Source of the DNA: a virus
Taxonomy: Duplodnaviria > Caudoviricetes
Length of the DNA stretch: 61,539 nucleotides
Direction: 5' to 3' (one strand)
Virus record (IMG/VR): IMGVR_UViG_3300036851_000313
Location: 1-61,539 of that record
Part shown: positions 30,025 through 40,069 of the stretch, piece by piece
How the letters are laid out: each line of letters starts with the position of its first letter
How positions within the stretch are numbered: the stretch's first letter is position 1
Program-made: the position numbers and the translations under genes
The notes under the pieces: model-generated
Database searches by the model: none
Seen by the model: the letters and a program-made list of their open reading frames with translations, nothing else
Told to the model about the DNA's origin: nothing

Positions 30025-30525
30025 ATGGACATCGACGCGGTCCTCGACGCGTACGAGCTGCCCGAGCACACCGTGCAGGTGTGCCTCAAGGGCTCCCTCG
30101 TCGCCGAATACGAGCAACTCGACCAGAGGCTGCAGACCGCCGACCGCGACGCCAGCAGCCTGTCCGCGCCCGCCGAGGCCGTCCAGATCGCGTGGCGCAT
30201 GCAGGAACTGCGGGAGCAGATGCTCGCCGCGTCCCGCACCTTCCGGTTCCGCGGCCTCGCCGGGGCCGCCTACTCGCAGCTGCTCGAAAGTCACAAGAAC
30301 GACAAGGGCGAGCTGTCCGAGGACACCTGGCCACCCGCCCTGATCGTCGCCTCCTGCGTCGACCCGGTGATGACCCAGGAGAAAGCGCAGGCGCTGCGCG
30401 GCAAGGTCACCGACCGGCAGTGGCAAGACCTGTACGACGCGGCGCTCGCCGTGAACCGGCAGTCGGTCAGCGTCCCTTTCAGCAATCTCGCCAGCGCCGT
30501 GCTCCGCACCTCGCCCGAGAACTAG
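30025..30525 (+). CDS. Tail assembly chaperone (G)
   Basis: AGGAG SD; lies between the major tail and tape measure genes. Confidence 0.8.
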   Translation: MDIDAVLDAYELPEHTVQVCLKGSLVAEYEQLDQRLQTADRDASSLSAPAEAVQIAWRMQELREQMLAASRTFRFRGLAGAAYSQLLESHKNDKGELSEDTWPPALIVASCVDPVMTQEKAQALRGKVTDRQWQDLYDAALAVNRQSVSVPFSNLASAVLRTSPEN

Positions 30526-30902
30526 AGGCGGCGGCCCGGTGGGGTGTCGCCCCGTCGCGCTGGCGAGGCCGCGAACCGCGCACCACGACCACCTACGAGT
30601 ACGACCCCGCTGGTCGGCTGGTCCGGGCCACGACGGCCCGCGAGGCGGAGTGGCTGGACGTCGACCGGGCCGAGACGGTCGCGTTCCTGCTCGAGGAACG
30701 GGGCCGCTGCCCCGGCTGCGGGCAGCCGCTGGACGAGTCCACGGCCGACGACGCGGAGGGCGCGTACACGGTGCCGGAGACGTGGTGCCACGCCTGCGCG
30801 GCGCACCGCCACGTCACGAAGGATCACGCAGGGGAGCCGGGCTACCTGTCGTGGGTCGAGCGGAAACCACGCGACGTCAACGCTCCGGCCAGCACTCCTT
30901 GA
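30474..30902 (+). CDS. Tail assembly chaperone -1 frameshift extension (GT)
   Basis: In-frame slippery heptamer C CCT TTC at 30474-30480; the -1 frame is open to 30902. Confidence 0.7.
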   Translation, partial: PFQQSRQRRAPHLARELEAAARWGVAPSRWRGREPRTTTTYEYDPAGRLVRATTAREAEWLDVDRAETVAFLLEERGRCPGCGQPLDESTADDAEGAYTVPETWCHACAAHRHVTKDHAGEPGYLSWVERKPRDVNAPASTP

Positions 30903-31074
30903 TCGCCTCGACGCCCACCTCGTCGACGGCGGTCAGGACGTCCTCGCTGGCGCGGAGATCCTGGCGGATCGACTCGCAGTTCTCCCGGAACTGGCGCTGC
31001 TCCCACCACTGATAGCCGCCGATGAGCCCACCCACGAGTACCAGCGCGGCGAGCACTACGACCAGTCGCCTCAT
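30877..31074 (-). CDS. Small membrane-anchored protein (antisense moron)
   Basis: GGGGGAGG SD; N-terminal hydrophobic helix; two Cys. Confidence 0.6.
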   Translation of the reverse strand: MRRLVVVLAALVLVGGLIGGYQWWEQRQFRENCESIRQDLRASEDVLTAVDEVGVEAIKECWPER

Positions 31075-31126
31075 CCGCCTCCCCCTTCAGCGATTCACGG
31101 TAGCCCAGAAGGGAGCGTGACGACCC

Positions 31127-34100
31127 GTGGTTGACAGATCCGTCAAGGTCACGCTCCGCGCCGACGTGGCCCCGTTCACGGCCGGGTTGAAGGGCGCGCA
31201 GCGGCAGACCGAATCCTTCTACGGGTCGATCAGCAAGGGCGAGGCGAAGGCCCGCGCCGCCTGGCAGATGCAGGCGCAGGCCGAGAAGGAGATGGCCGCC
31301 GACTTCCAGCAGCGGATGGCGAAACGGCACGAGGCCATGACCAAGGCCGGGGTGGCGCTGACCGCGTTCGGTGTCGCCACCGTCGGCGGGCTCGGCCTGG
31401 CCGCCAAGGCCGCCATCGACTGGGAGTCCGCGTGGGCTGGGGTGACCAAGACCGTGGACGGCTCGGCCACGCAGATGGCTGCGCTGGAGTCGGGGCTGCG
31501 TGACCTGGCGAAGGAGCTTCCCGCATCCCACGACCAGATCGCCGCCGTGGCGGAGGCGGCCGGGCAGCTCGGCATCAAACGTGAAGCCATCCTCGGGTTC
31601 ACCCGCACGATGGTGGCTCTCGGCGAGACCACGAACCTGACCGCCGATGAGGCCGCCACGGCGATGGCCCGGATCGCAAACATCATGGGCACCCCGCAGG
31701 CCGAGATCGACCGGCTCGGCGCCGCCCTGGTCGCGTTGGGCAATGATGGCGCGTCCACGGAGCGGGAGATCGTGGAGATGGCGCTGCGCATCGCTGGCGC
31801 CGGGAGGACCATCGGGTTGACCGAGGCGGACGTGTTGGCGTTCGCGAACGCGCTGTCGTCGGTGGGCATCGAGGCGGAGGCCGGCGGAACCGCGATCTCC
31901 CGGGTGATGGTCGACATCGCCCAGTCGGTGCGGCAGGGCGGGGACAAGCTGGAGCTGTTCGCCCGGGTCGCCGGCATGTCGGCCACCCAGTTCCAGGCCG
32001 CGTTCCAGCGGGACGCCGCCGGGGCGATCGTGTCATTCGTCGAAGGTCTCGGCCGCATCCAGGCCTCCGGCGGGGACACCTTCGGCGTATTGGAGCAGCT
32101 GGAGCTCGGGGAGATCCGGGTCCGGGACGCGCTGCTGCGCACGTCGGGCGCCGGGGATCTGCTGCGCAAGTCGCTGGATCTGGGCGCGCGGGCGTGGAAG
32201 GACAACACCGCGCTCGTGGAGGAGGCCAACAAGCGGTACGCGACTACCGCGGCCAGGTTGGCTATCGCGCGGAACCAGCTCAACGACTTCGCCATCGACA
32301 TCGGGGAGACGTTCCTGCCGGCGGTGGGCGGGGCCGCGGACCGGATGGGGTCGTGGCTGCAGGTGCTGCAGGGCCTGCCCGGCCCGGTGAAGGAGACCGG
32401 CTCGGTGGTCGGTGCGCTCGCCGGGGCAGCCTCGCTGGCTGGCGGTGCGTTCTTCCTGGCCGCCCCGAAGGTGGCCGCGTTCAAGGCGTCGATCGCCGAT
32501 CTGGGGCCGAAGGGGCAGATGTTCGCCCGCGGCCTGTCCGGTGCCGCCGGGATCCTGGGCGGGCCGTGGGGGATCGCCATCGCGGGCGGCATCACCGCGC
32601 TCGGCCTGTTCATCGACGCGAAGGCGAAGGCGGCGCAGGAGGTCCGCGAGTACACCCGCGCCCTGCAGGCCGACTCCGGGGCGCTGGGCGTCAACACCCG
32701 CGCCCTGGTCGCGCACAAGCTGGAGCAGGAGGGGTCGCTGGAGGTCGCGCAGCGGCTCGGCGTCGACCTGGCTACGCTCACCGAGGCGGTGCTCGGCAAT
32801 CGCAGCGCCTACGAGCAGGTGCGCGGGCAGCTCGAGGCGTACGCCCGGGCCGCCGCCGACGCCCAGTACATCGACTCGGGGCGGATCAACGACGCGCAGA
32901 CCCTGATGGACATGATCAACGGCCAGTCGGGGGCGGTGCGCGGCGCCGCCGAGTCATACAAGCGGGAGGCCGCCGCCGCCGGACAGTCCGCCGACGCGGT
33001 CGACGGGAGCGCCGCATCGGCCGGCAACGCCGCCGCCGAGACGGGGAAGCTCGGCGCCGCCGCGGACGCGACCACAAGCGAGCTGAAGGACGAGAAGTCC
33101 GCCGCCGACCGGCTCAAGGAGTCCATCGACGCGCTCACCGGGGCGCACCGGGCCGCGTACGGCGCCGAGATCAACTTCGAGGAGGCGCTGGACGGGGTCA
33201 CCGCATCGGTGAAGGAGAACGGGCGGAGTCTCGACATCCGCACCGAGAAGGGCCGCGCGAACGCCCGGGCGATCCTCGGCGCCGCGGAGGCGGCCAGCGA
33301 GCACGCGCAGAAGGTCGCCGACGAGACCGGGTCGCTGGAGAAGGGCCGGATCAAGCTCGCCCAGCACCGCGAGCAGCTGATCAGGCAGATGGTGCAGCTC
33401 GGCTACACCCGGGAGGCCGCGCAGAAGCACATCGACACGCTGTTGCGGGTCCCGAAAAGGGTGAACACGGACGTCACCGCGGATACGCGTCCGGCGGCGC
33501 GGGCCATCGCCGGATTCGAGGCCAACGTGAACGCGATGCTGCGCCGCGTCCGCGGCCCGCACAAGGTGACGGTCAGCGTGTCCGGGAACTTCGTGCAGCG
33601 CGCCGGGGGGCGGATCTTCGAGGCCGAGGGTGGGCTGGTCGACTACTACGCCGACGGCGGAACGCGGGAGCGGCACGTCGCGCAGATCGCGCCCGCCGGG
33701 GCGATGCGGGTGTGGGCCGAACCGGAGACCGGCGGGGAGGCGTACATCCCGCTCGCCCAGTCAAAACGGGGCCGGTCCGAACAGATCCTCGCCGAAACTG
33801 CCGGCCGGTTCGGGATGCGGGTGGTGCCGATGGCCGACGGCGCGATCCTGATGCGTCTTCTCGGGCAGCAGTCCGGGGTGTCCGGCCAGGACCGGGCGCT
33901 ACGGGAACTGGCGCTGCGCGCGCAGAAGGACTCCACGGCTGCGCTTGCCGGCGGCTACCGCGGTGGCCGCGGTGTGGAGCAGTGGCGCGGCGCCGGACTG
34001 CAGGCGCTGGCCGCCGCTGGGGCGCCGTCGTCGTGGATCGGGTCGCTGTTGCGGCGGATGAACCAGGAGTCGGGCGGGAACCCGCGGGCGGTGAACCTGT

Positions 34101-34543
34101 GGGACATCAACGCGCAGCGCGGCTACCCGAGCGTCGGCCTGATGCAGGTCATCCGGCCCACGTTCCAGGCGTACGCCGGCCGGTATCGCAACCGCGGCCC
34201 GTTCATGTACGGCACGTCCATCGACCCGCTGGCGAACATCTACTCGTCGATCAAGTACGCGAACGCCCGCTACGGCAGTGCGCCGCGCGGCTGGAACCGG
34301 GCGGGCGGGTACGACTCCGGCGGCCTCGCCCGCGGCGCCGGGTACATCCCGAAGCTCACCCCGGCCCCGGAGCGGGTGCTGTCCCCGGTGCAGACCGCGG
34401 CGTTCGAACGGCTCGTCGACGTCATGGTCAAGGGTGGCGGTCAGCCGATCCAGTTCGTGAACGAGGGCGTCATCGGCTCCCAGATGGAGCTGCAGAACTG
34501 GCTGGCCAAGTCGCTGGATAACCTGCGGCACCGGGGACGCTGA
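31127..34543 (+). CDS. Tape measure protein with a C-terminal lytic transglycosylase (SLT) domain
   Basis: TP901-type core (AIDWESAWAGVTKTV); ESGGNPRAVN...GLMQVI SLT motif. Confidence 0.93.
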   Translation: MVDRSVKVTLRADVAPFTAGLKGAQRQTESFYGSISKGEAKARAAWQMQAQAEKEMAADFQQRMAKRHEAMTKAGVALTAFGVATVGGLGLAAKAAIDWESAWAGVTKTVDGSATQMAALESGLRDLAKELPASHDQIAAVAEAAGQLGIKREAILGFTRTMVALGETTNLTADEAATAMARIANIMGTPQAEIDRLGAALVALGNDGASTEREIVEMALRIAGAGRTIGLTEADVLAFANALSSVGIEAEAGGTAISRVMVDIAQSVRQGGDKLELFARVAGMSATQFQAAFQRDAAGAIVSFVEGLGRIQASGGDTFGVLEQLELGEIRVRDALLRTSGAGDLLRKSLDLGARAWKDNTALVEEANKRYATTAARLAIARNQLNDFAIDIGETFLPAVGGAADRMGSWLQVLQGLPGPVKETGSVVGALAGAASLAGGAFFLAAPKVAAFKASIADLGPKGQMFARGLSGAAGILGGPWGIAIAGGITALGLFIDAKAKAAQEVREYTRALQADSGALGVNTRALVAHKLEQEGSLEVAQRLGVDLATLTEAVLGNRSAYEQVRGQLEAYARAAADAQYIDSGRINDAQTLMDMINGQSGAVRGAAESYKREAAAAGQSADAVDGSAASAGNAAAETGKLGAAADATTSELKDEKSAADRLKESIDALTGAHRAAYGAEINFEEALDGVTASVKENGRSLDIRTEKGRANARAILGAAEAASEHAQKVADETGSLEKGRIKLAQHREQLIRQMVQLGYTREAAQKHIDTLLRVPKRVNTDVTADTRPAARAIAGFEANVNAMLRRVRGPHKVTVSVSGNFVQRAGGRIFEAEGGLVDYYADGGTRERHVAQIAPAGAMRVWAEPETGGEAYIPLAQSKRGRSEQILAETAGRFGMRVVPMADGAILMRLLGQQSGVSGQDRALRELALRAQKDSTAALAGGYRGGRGVEQWRGAGLQALAAAGAPSSWIGSLLRRMNQESGGNPRAVNLWDINAQRGYPSVGLMQVIRPTFQAYAGRYRNRGPFMYGTSIDPLANIYSSIKYANARYGSAPRGWNRAGGYDSGGLARGAGYIPKLTPAPERVLSPVQTAAFERLVDVMVKGGGQPIQFVNEGVIGSQMELQNWLAKSLDNLRHRGR

Positions 34544-36003
34544 TGGCCGCCATCACCCATGACCTGCGCGTCGACTGGAGCAACAACGGCTCCTTCACCG
34601 ACGCCGAGGAGAACGTCACCGGCCGGGTGTGTGCCCGACCCGGCGTCACCGTCCAGTTCGGCCGCGACCAGTACCGCGCCCTGTCCCCGGTCGCCGCCGG
34701 GGAGATGCGGTTCGAGCTCGACAACGCCTCCCGCGAGTACAGCCCCGAGAACAGCGGCTCCCCGATCGGCGCGAACCTGAAACCGGGCCGCCCGGTCCGC
34801 CACCAGATCACCCACGACGCGATCACGTACGGGGTGTTCCGCGGCCACCTCGACGACTTCAACATCAACCCCGACACGAACGTGAAACGGGCGTGGTTCA
34901 CCTGCCTCGACGGGCTCGCGAAGCTCGTCAAGCCGAAGGTGTCCACCCCGCTGCACGAGGGCATCCGCACCGGCGCGGCGATCGGGCACGTCCTCGACGC
35001 CGCCGGGTGGCCGTCCGGGTCGCGGGACCTCGACATCGGCGCGACGATCATCCGGCACTGGTGGGAGGACGGCACCGCCGCCTACGAGGCGCTGCAGAAG
35101 GTGCTCGCGTCCGAAGGTTCCCCGGCGGTCGCCTACGTGGACCCGGCCACCGGCAACTTCATGTTCCGGGACCGGCACCACCGGCTGACCCGCGCGGCGT
35201 CCACCACCAGCCAGGCGACGTGGCGCGGCTCCGGCGCCGAACCGGTCATGTCCCCGCCGTTCGTGTACGAGCACGGGTACCGGGACATCGTCAACGACAT
35301 CGCCTTCGAGGTGGACGAGCGCAACGCCGACGGTGTCCTGACGAACGTGTGGGAGACCGACGACGTGATCACCGTCGCCGCGTCGTCATCCGTCATCCGG
35401 CACGTGCAGGCGTCGGACCCGTTCAAGGGCGCGGTCGCCCCGGTGGCCGACACCGACTTCACGGTCCTGTCCGGCTCCGTGTCGTCGGTGACCCTGTCCC
35501 GCACCTCCGGCCAGTCCACGATCATCACCGTGAATGCTGGCGCGTCGGGTGCGACCATCGGGGGGCTGCGGCTGCGCGCCTTCTCCGCGCCCGTGGTCCG
35601 CACCTACAAGATCACCGCGTCGGACGCGGCGTCGATCGCCGATCACGGCTCGGCGGCCCTGCCATCGGGGCTCGAGCCGGTGTGGGCTGGCCGGCACGAC
35701 GCGCAGGCCCTGGCCGACCTGTACGTGCTGCAACGCGCGCAGCGGGTGCCGATCGTCCGTACCCGCATGACCGGCGGCAACGACACCCGCATCGTGCAAT
35801 GCCTCACCCGGAAGATCTCCGACCGGGTCACGCTGGTCGAGACCGAGTCGGGGCTGAACGACGACTTCTTCGTCGAGCGCATCGAGCTCGGCACCGACGG
35901 GGTCGAGCTGACCGTCGACTTCGGGTTGGAGAAGGTGCCGACGCAGCCCGCCGTGTTCATTCTCGGCACCAGTGTTCTGAACACGGGGGTGCTCGGCTAC
36001 TGA
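34543..36003 (+). CDS. Minor tail / tail-tip protein
   Basis: TGATG overlap directly after the tape measure; 486 aa. Confidence 0.75.
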   Translation: MAAITHDLRVDWSNNGSFTDAEENVTGRVCARPGVTVQFGRDQYRALSPVAAGEMRFELDNASREYSPENSGSPIGANLKPGRPVRHQITHDAITYGVFRGHLDDFNINPDTNVKRAWFTCLDGLAKLVKPKVSTPLHEGIRTGAAIGHVLDAAGWPSGSRDLDIGATIIRHWWEDGTAAYEALQKVLASEGSPAVAYVDPATGNFMFRDRHHRLTRAASTTSQATWRGSGAEPVMSPPFVYEHGYRDIVNDIAFEVDERNADGVLTNVWETDDVITVAASSSVIRHVQASDPFKGAVAPVADTDFTVLSGSVSSVTLSRTSGQSTIITVNAGASGATIGGLRLRAFSAPVVRTYKITASDAASIADHGSAALPSGLEPVWAGRHDAQALADLYVLQRAQRVPIVRTRMTGGNDTRIVQCLTRKISDRVTLVETESGLNDDFFVERIELGTDGVELTVDFGLEKVPTQPAVFILGTSVLNTGVLGY

Positions 36004-36431
36004 TGAGCGAACTGCGCGCGGTCGCCTTCGTCTCGGCGGGCCGGTGGGTGGCGCGCTGCCCGCGCCCGTTCTGCTCGAACGCGGAGCAGTTCGGCGGCTG
36101 CCAGGACGGCTCTCCGGGTGGGCTCGGCGGCACCGCGTTCCGGTGCCGCGAGGAGTACGGCGGCTGCGGGCTGACCTGCCCGGCCGAGTGGCCGCCCAAC
36201 GTGGAGGACATCGAGTTCCTGCTCGCCCACCGGCCGGTGCCGGCCACCCGCAACTGGGCGCCGACCGAGACGCTGCACGACCTGCTGGCCGAGAACGCGG
36301 CGCACGGCATCCTGCCGATGGACCCGGCCGCGCTCGGGTCGGAGCGGCACGTGACGGCGATGCTCATCGAAGGGGACCGCATCGCCGGCCGCGAACTCCC
36401 GGCCGGTAGGCGTCTAGAGATCGGGGGCTGA
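36003..36431 (+). CDS. Hypothetical Cys-rich tail-region protein
   Basis: TGATG overlap; GRWVARCP...RNWAPTETLHDLLAEN. Confidence 0.6.
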   Translation: MSELRAVAFVSAGRWVARCPRPFCSNAEQFGGCQDGSPGGLGGTAFRCREEYGGCGLTCPAEWPPNVEDIEFLLAHRPVPATRNWAPTETLHDLLAENAAHGILPMDPAALGSERHVTAMLIEGDRIAGRELPAGRRLEIGG

Positions 36432-36432
36432 C

Positions 36433-36966
36433 GTGGCCTGGACCGCGCCGCCGATTTTCGTTTCCGGAAGCACGTTGACCGCGGCCCAGATGAACATCCT
36501 GTCCGACGACCTGCGGGAGACCGCCTCGGCGAAGGCCACCACGGCGGGCAGCTTCTTCGCCACCACCGCCGCGAACACCATCGCCGAACGCATCCCCACC
36601 ATCGCCTCGGTCCTCACCTCGCAGACCACCGGCAGCAACACCTACACCGACCTGGCGACGGTCGGCCCGCAGTTGACCGCCGCTACCGCTGCGACGGCGC
36701 TCATCATCATCACCATCCGGTCATCGAACAACACCGCCGCGTCCGGCTGCTTCATGGGGTACGAGATCAGCGGCGCCACGTCGCTGGCCGCCGACGACTC
36801 CCGCGCGCTGATCAACGCGAGTGGCACCAACTCGCTGTACATGAGCTGGGCGGTGCTTTCCGGTGGGCTCACCGCGGGCAGCAACACGTGGACGGTGAAG
36901 TACCGGGTCACCTCCGGTACCACCGGCACGTTCTCCGACCGCCGCCTCACGATCATCCCGTACTGA
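36433..36966 (+). CDS. Minor tail/fibre protein
   Basis: AWTAP...LTAAQMN N-terminal motif. Confidence 0.7.
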   Translation: MAWTAPPIFVSGSTLTAAQMNILSDDLRETASAKATTAGSFFATTAANTIAERIPTIASVLTSQTTGSNTYTDLATVGPQLTAATAATALIIITIRSSNNTAASGCFMGYEISGATSLAADDSRALINASGTNSLYMSWAVLSGGLTAGSNTWTVKYRVTSGTTGTFSDRRLTIIPY

Positions 36967-36985
36967 GCCGAGAGGGGGAACGGCC

Positions 36986-37252
36986 ATCGCCACCGTCAAG
37001 ACATACATGGGGCAGATGCGGCAGGTGCAGCGCCGCGTCGGGGTGAAAATGGGCTGCGACGTGGACCGGGCGCCGCAGCCGGTCCGGGTGGCGCTGGCCA
37101 CGGTGCTGTGCCTGATCGCGGTGCTGGTGAAGACCCTCGTTGACGCCGGGGTCATCACCGACGCCCAGTTGCAGGCCACCCTGACAGCGGCCCGCGACGA
37201 CTTCTACGACCCGGAACCCGCCGAACCGCCGCCGCCGCTCAACGAGCCCTGA
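36986..37252 (+). CDS. Hypothetical protein (probable ATC start; alternative ATG at 37007)
   Basis: GAGGGGG SD is well spaced for ATC at 36986. Confidence 0.55.
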   Translation: MATVKTYMGQMRQVQRRVGVKMGCDVDRAPQPVRVALATVLCLIAVLVKTLVDAGVITDAQLQATLTAARDDFYDPEPAEPPPPLNEP

Positions 37253-37298
37253 CACCGCGGCCCCGGTGTGACCCGGGTTCCCCTGAGCCGACTGGGCG

Positions 37299-38089
37299 GT
37301 GGGCATGGATGACCGGGTCCGCTACGCGATCATCGTCGTGATCACCGCCGCGTGGATCGTCAACTTCGCCGCCAAGTTCGTCATCCCCGGCTACGAGCCG
37401 TCCGTCGGCGTGGACGGCGTGTTCGGCGTCGTCGTCGGCTACCTGTTCCTGTCCGCGGACCGCGGCCGCCGCGATCGGGACGGCGGCGGATGAGCGCCGC
37501 AGTCCTCACCGAGCTGGTGAACTCGGCCGTCTGGTTCCTCGTCGGCATCGCCGCCGGGTACCTCGCCGGCCGGCTGCGCCGCGAGGTCCGCGAGATCCGG
37601 GAGGTCGTCGTGGACGACTCGGGTGAGCCGGGCAGGGCGGGTAGTCAAGGCGGCCCCGGTGGGCCGGGCGGGGTCGGCGGCACCGGGGGCACCGGCGGCG
37701 GTCACGGCGGCGTGGGCGGCCCGGGGGGCGTGGGCGGGCGCGGCGGGCGGGCAACCTCCCACTGGTGGGGGCAACGCGCCATCGGCGTGGTCGTGATCCT
37801 GCTGGCAATCGCCACTGTTGCGCAGGCCGTCGTGTTCGAACGGCAACAGGCCCGGCTCGCCGCCTGCCAGACCAGGTTCGTGGAGGACTTCACCGCCGCG
37901 CTGCGCACCCGCGCCCAGATCGGCGAGGAGGACCGGGCCAACCTCAACACGCTGATCCGCGACGTGATCACCGCCCAGCCGGGCAGGGCCCGCGACGTCC
38001 TCGCCGTCTACCTGCAACGCCAGGCGGAGCTGGAGGGGCAGCGTAAGGCCGTGCCCCTGCCGACGCTGCCGAGGGAATGCGGGCCGTGA
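37299..38089 (+). CDS. Two membrane proteins upstream of the lysin (37299-37493; 37490-38089 with a Gly-rich linker)
   Basis: Hydrophobic helices; ATGA coupling. Confidence 0.65.
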
Positions 38090-38835
38090 GGCACCGGAGG
38101 CTGTCGGGGCTGCGGGCCATCGGTGTCGTCGTCGTCGTCCTGTCTCTGCTCACCCTGTGGGTGGCGTGGCAGCAACGCGGCCAGGATGAACAGATCGCCG
38201 CGCTGTATACGGCGCTGCAACGGGAGCAGGCGGCCACCAGGGCGAAGGGCGACCGGCCGGTGGCACCGCCCGCCGAGCAGATCGCCCGCGACCCGCAGAT
38301 CGTCCCCGGCGCGCAAGGCCCACCCGGGATGCGCGGCGAGCCGGGACAACCGGGGGAGAGCATCGTCGGGCCGCCGGGACCGCCTGGGCCACCGATATCC
38401 GCCGCCCAGGTGCAGGCTGCGGTCGCCGCCTACTGCGCCCCGCGCGACGGGTGCCGCGGACCTGCCGGGGCCGGACCCAGCCCCGAACAGATCGCCGCCG
38501 CGGTCGCCACCTACTGCAACGCCCGCGGCGAATGTCGCGGAGCTGCCGGCACCGACGGGCGCGACGGCCGGGATGGAACCGACGGGGTTGACGGCGCGGA
38601 CGGCGTACCCGGGCCGCCACCCTCGGACGAGCAGGTCGCCGCGGCGGTCACGGCCTACTGCGACAGCCGCGGCCAGTGTCGCGGACCCCAAGGCGAACCC
38701 GGCGCCGATGGGCGCGACGGCCAACCTGGGCAGCCCCCGGCGAGCTGGACCTACCGCGACGAACTCGGCCGCGCCCACACCTGCGAGCGCGACGACCCGT
38801 TCGACCCCGACGCGCCCACCTACCAGTGCGACTGA
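38086..38835 (+). CDS. Membrane-anchored collagen-like protein
   Basis: N-terminal TM helix; G-X-Y runs; three AAVxxYC...CRG repeats. Confidence 0.75.
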   Translation: MRHRRLSGLRAIGVVVVVLSLLTLWVAWQQRGQDEQIAALYTALQREQAATRAKGDRPVAPPAEQIARDPQIVPGAQGPPGMRGEPGQPGESIVGPPGPPGPPISAAQVQAAVAAYCAPRDGCRGPAGAGPSPEQIAAAVATYCNARGECRGAAGTDGRDGRDGTDGVDGADGVPGPPPSDEQVAAAVTAYCDSRGQCRGPQGEPGADGRDGQPGQPPASWTYRDELGRAHTCERDDPFDPDAPTYQCD

Positions 38836-39024
38836 ACGCCGGAGGAGGACACGTGCCCGACCCCGACGACCCCACCGGCCTCGAGGCCGACGACAGCGAC
38901 GAGGCCACCCTCGAAGGCGACCTCGCCACGGTGGGCGACGACGAATACTTCGCCGCCCTGGAGGACATGCCGGCGCTGCTGGCCGAGGACGGCACCCAGC
39001 TCGACCCGGCGGAGGGGGTCCGCG

Positions 39025-39489
39025 ATGAGCGCCGCTGACGTCCGCCGGATGGAAGCGATCGTGGCCCGCATGAAACGGTTCGACGTGCGGATCCGCTACA
39101 TCGACGGCTGGCGCGACCGCGGCCGCCCCTACACCTTCACCCCGCGCGGCATCCTCGACCACCACGACGCCTCCTCCACCAACTCCGGCACCTGGGGGGC
39201 GCTCGGCATCATCGTCGCCGGCCGCACCGGCATCCCCGGCCCCCTCTCCCAGTTCCAGATCGCCCGCGGCGACGAGCCGCAGGTCGCCATCGTGGCCGCC
39301 GGGCGGGCCAACCACGCCGGCACCGGCGGTGGGCCCGGCAGGCTCCCGGCAGGCATCCCCAAGGACTCGGGCAACGCCTACCTGTTCGGCGCGGAGAAGG
39401 CCAACAACGGGGTTGGGGAGCCGTACAGCGCGGCGACCCTGTACGCGGCGAAGAGCCTGTTCGTGGCCGTTCTGGAGGTCGTGACGTGA
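39025..39489 (+). CDS. N-acetylmuramoyl-L-alanine amidase endolysin, N-terminal part
   Basis: ILDHHDAS, AAGRANHAG and GAEKAN Amidase_2-type motifs. Confidence 0.8.
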   Translation: MSAADVRRMEAIVARMKRFDVRIRYIDGWRDRGRPYTFTPRGILDHHDASSTNSGTWGALGIIVAGRTGIPGPLSQFQIARGDEPQVAIVAAGRANHAGTGGGPGRLPAGIPKDSGNAYLFGAEKANNGVGEPYSAATLYAAKSLFVAVLEVVT

Positions 39490-39908
39490 AGACCTCGATG
39501 CTGGCCGGTCACAAGGAATTCAGCGAGCCCGGCCGGAAGATCGATCCCCGCTACGACATGGACGACATGCGCGCCCAGGTGGAGGCGCACACCCGCAGCG
39601 AACCGCCGACACCGATCCCCCCGGAGGACGACATGCCGCTCACCCAGGCCGACGCCGACCTCGTGGCCCGCACCCTCCTGAACGCCAAGATCGGCTCCAA
39701 GGGAATCGTCGGGTGGACGGTCGCCCATTGCGTCGACGGCACCACCCGCACCGTCATGGAGGCCCGGGATCTCGCCAAGGCGCTGCCGACTGCGGACGCG
39801 ATCGCCGACGCCGTGATCGCGAAGCTCCAGGAAGGCAGCCCTGACCTAACCGCCATCAAGCAAGCCGTGAAGGACGCACTCCGCGAACTCGTCGGGCCGC
39901 AACCGTGA
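39486..39908 (+). CDS. Amidase endolysin, C-terminal part
   Basis: GHKE...RKIDP motif; own GGAGG SD and GTGA overlap. Confidence 0.75.
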   Translation: MKTSMLAGHKEFSEPGRKIDPRYDMDDMRAQVEAHTRSEPPTPIPPEDDMPLTQADADLVARTLLNAKIGSKGIVGWTVAHCVDGTTRTVMEARDLAKALPTADAIADAVIAKLQEGSPDLTAIKQAVKDALRELVGPQP

Positions 39909-40051
39909 TCGTTCTCGGCCTGGTCCTCGCCCTCGTCGGCTGGCTCACCGGCATCGGCCTGCTCACCACCATCGGCGTCGTGCTCGTGGTGGTCGGGCTG
40001 ATCCTCGCCCTGGTCGGCTCGGTCGGGCCCGTGAACGGCAGGTGGTATTGA
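39905..40051 (+). CDS. Small two-TM membrane protein
   Basis: VIVLGLVLALVGWLTGIGLLTTIGVVLVVVGLILALVGSVGPVNGRWY*. Confidence 0.6.
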   Translation: MIVLGLVLALVGWLTGIGLLTTIGVVLVVVGLILALVGSVGPVNGRWY

Positions 40052-40069
40052 TGCCCGCGAAGCCTGGCG

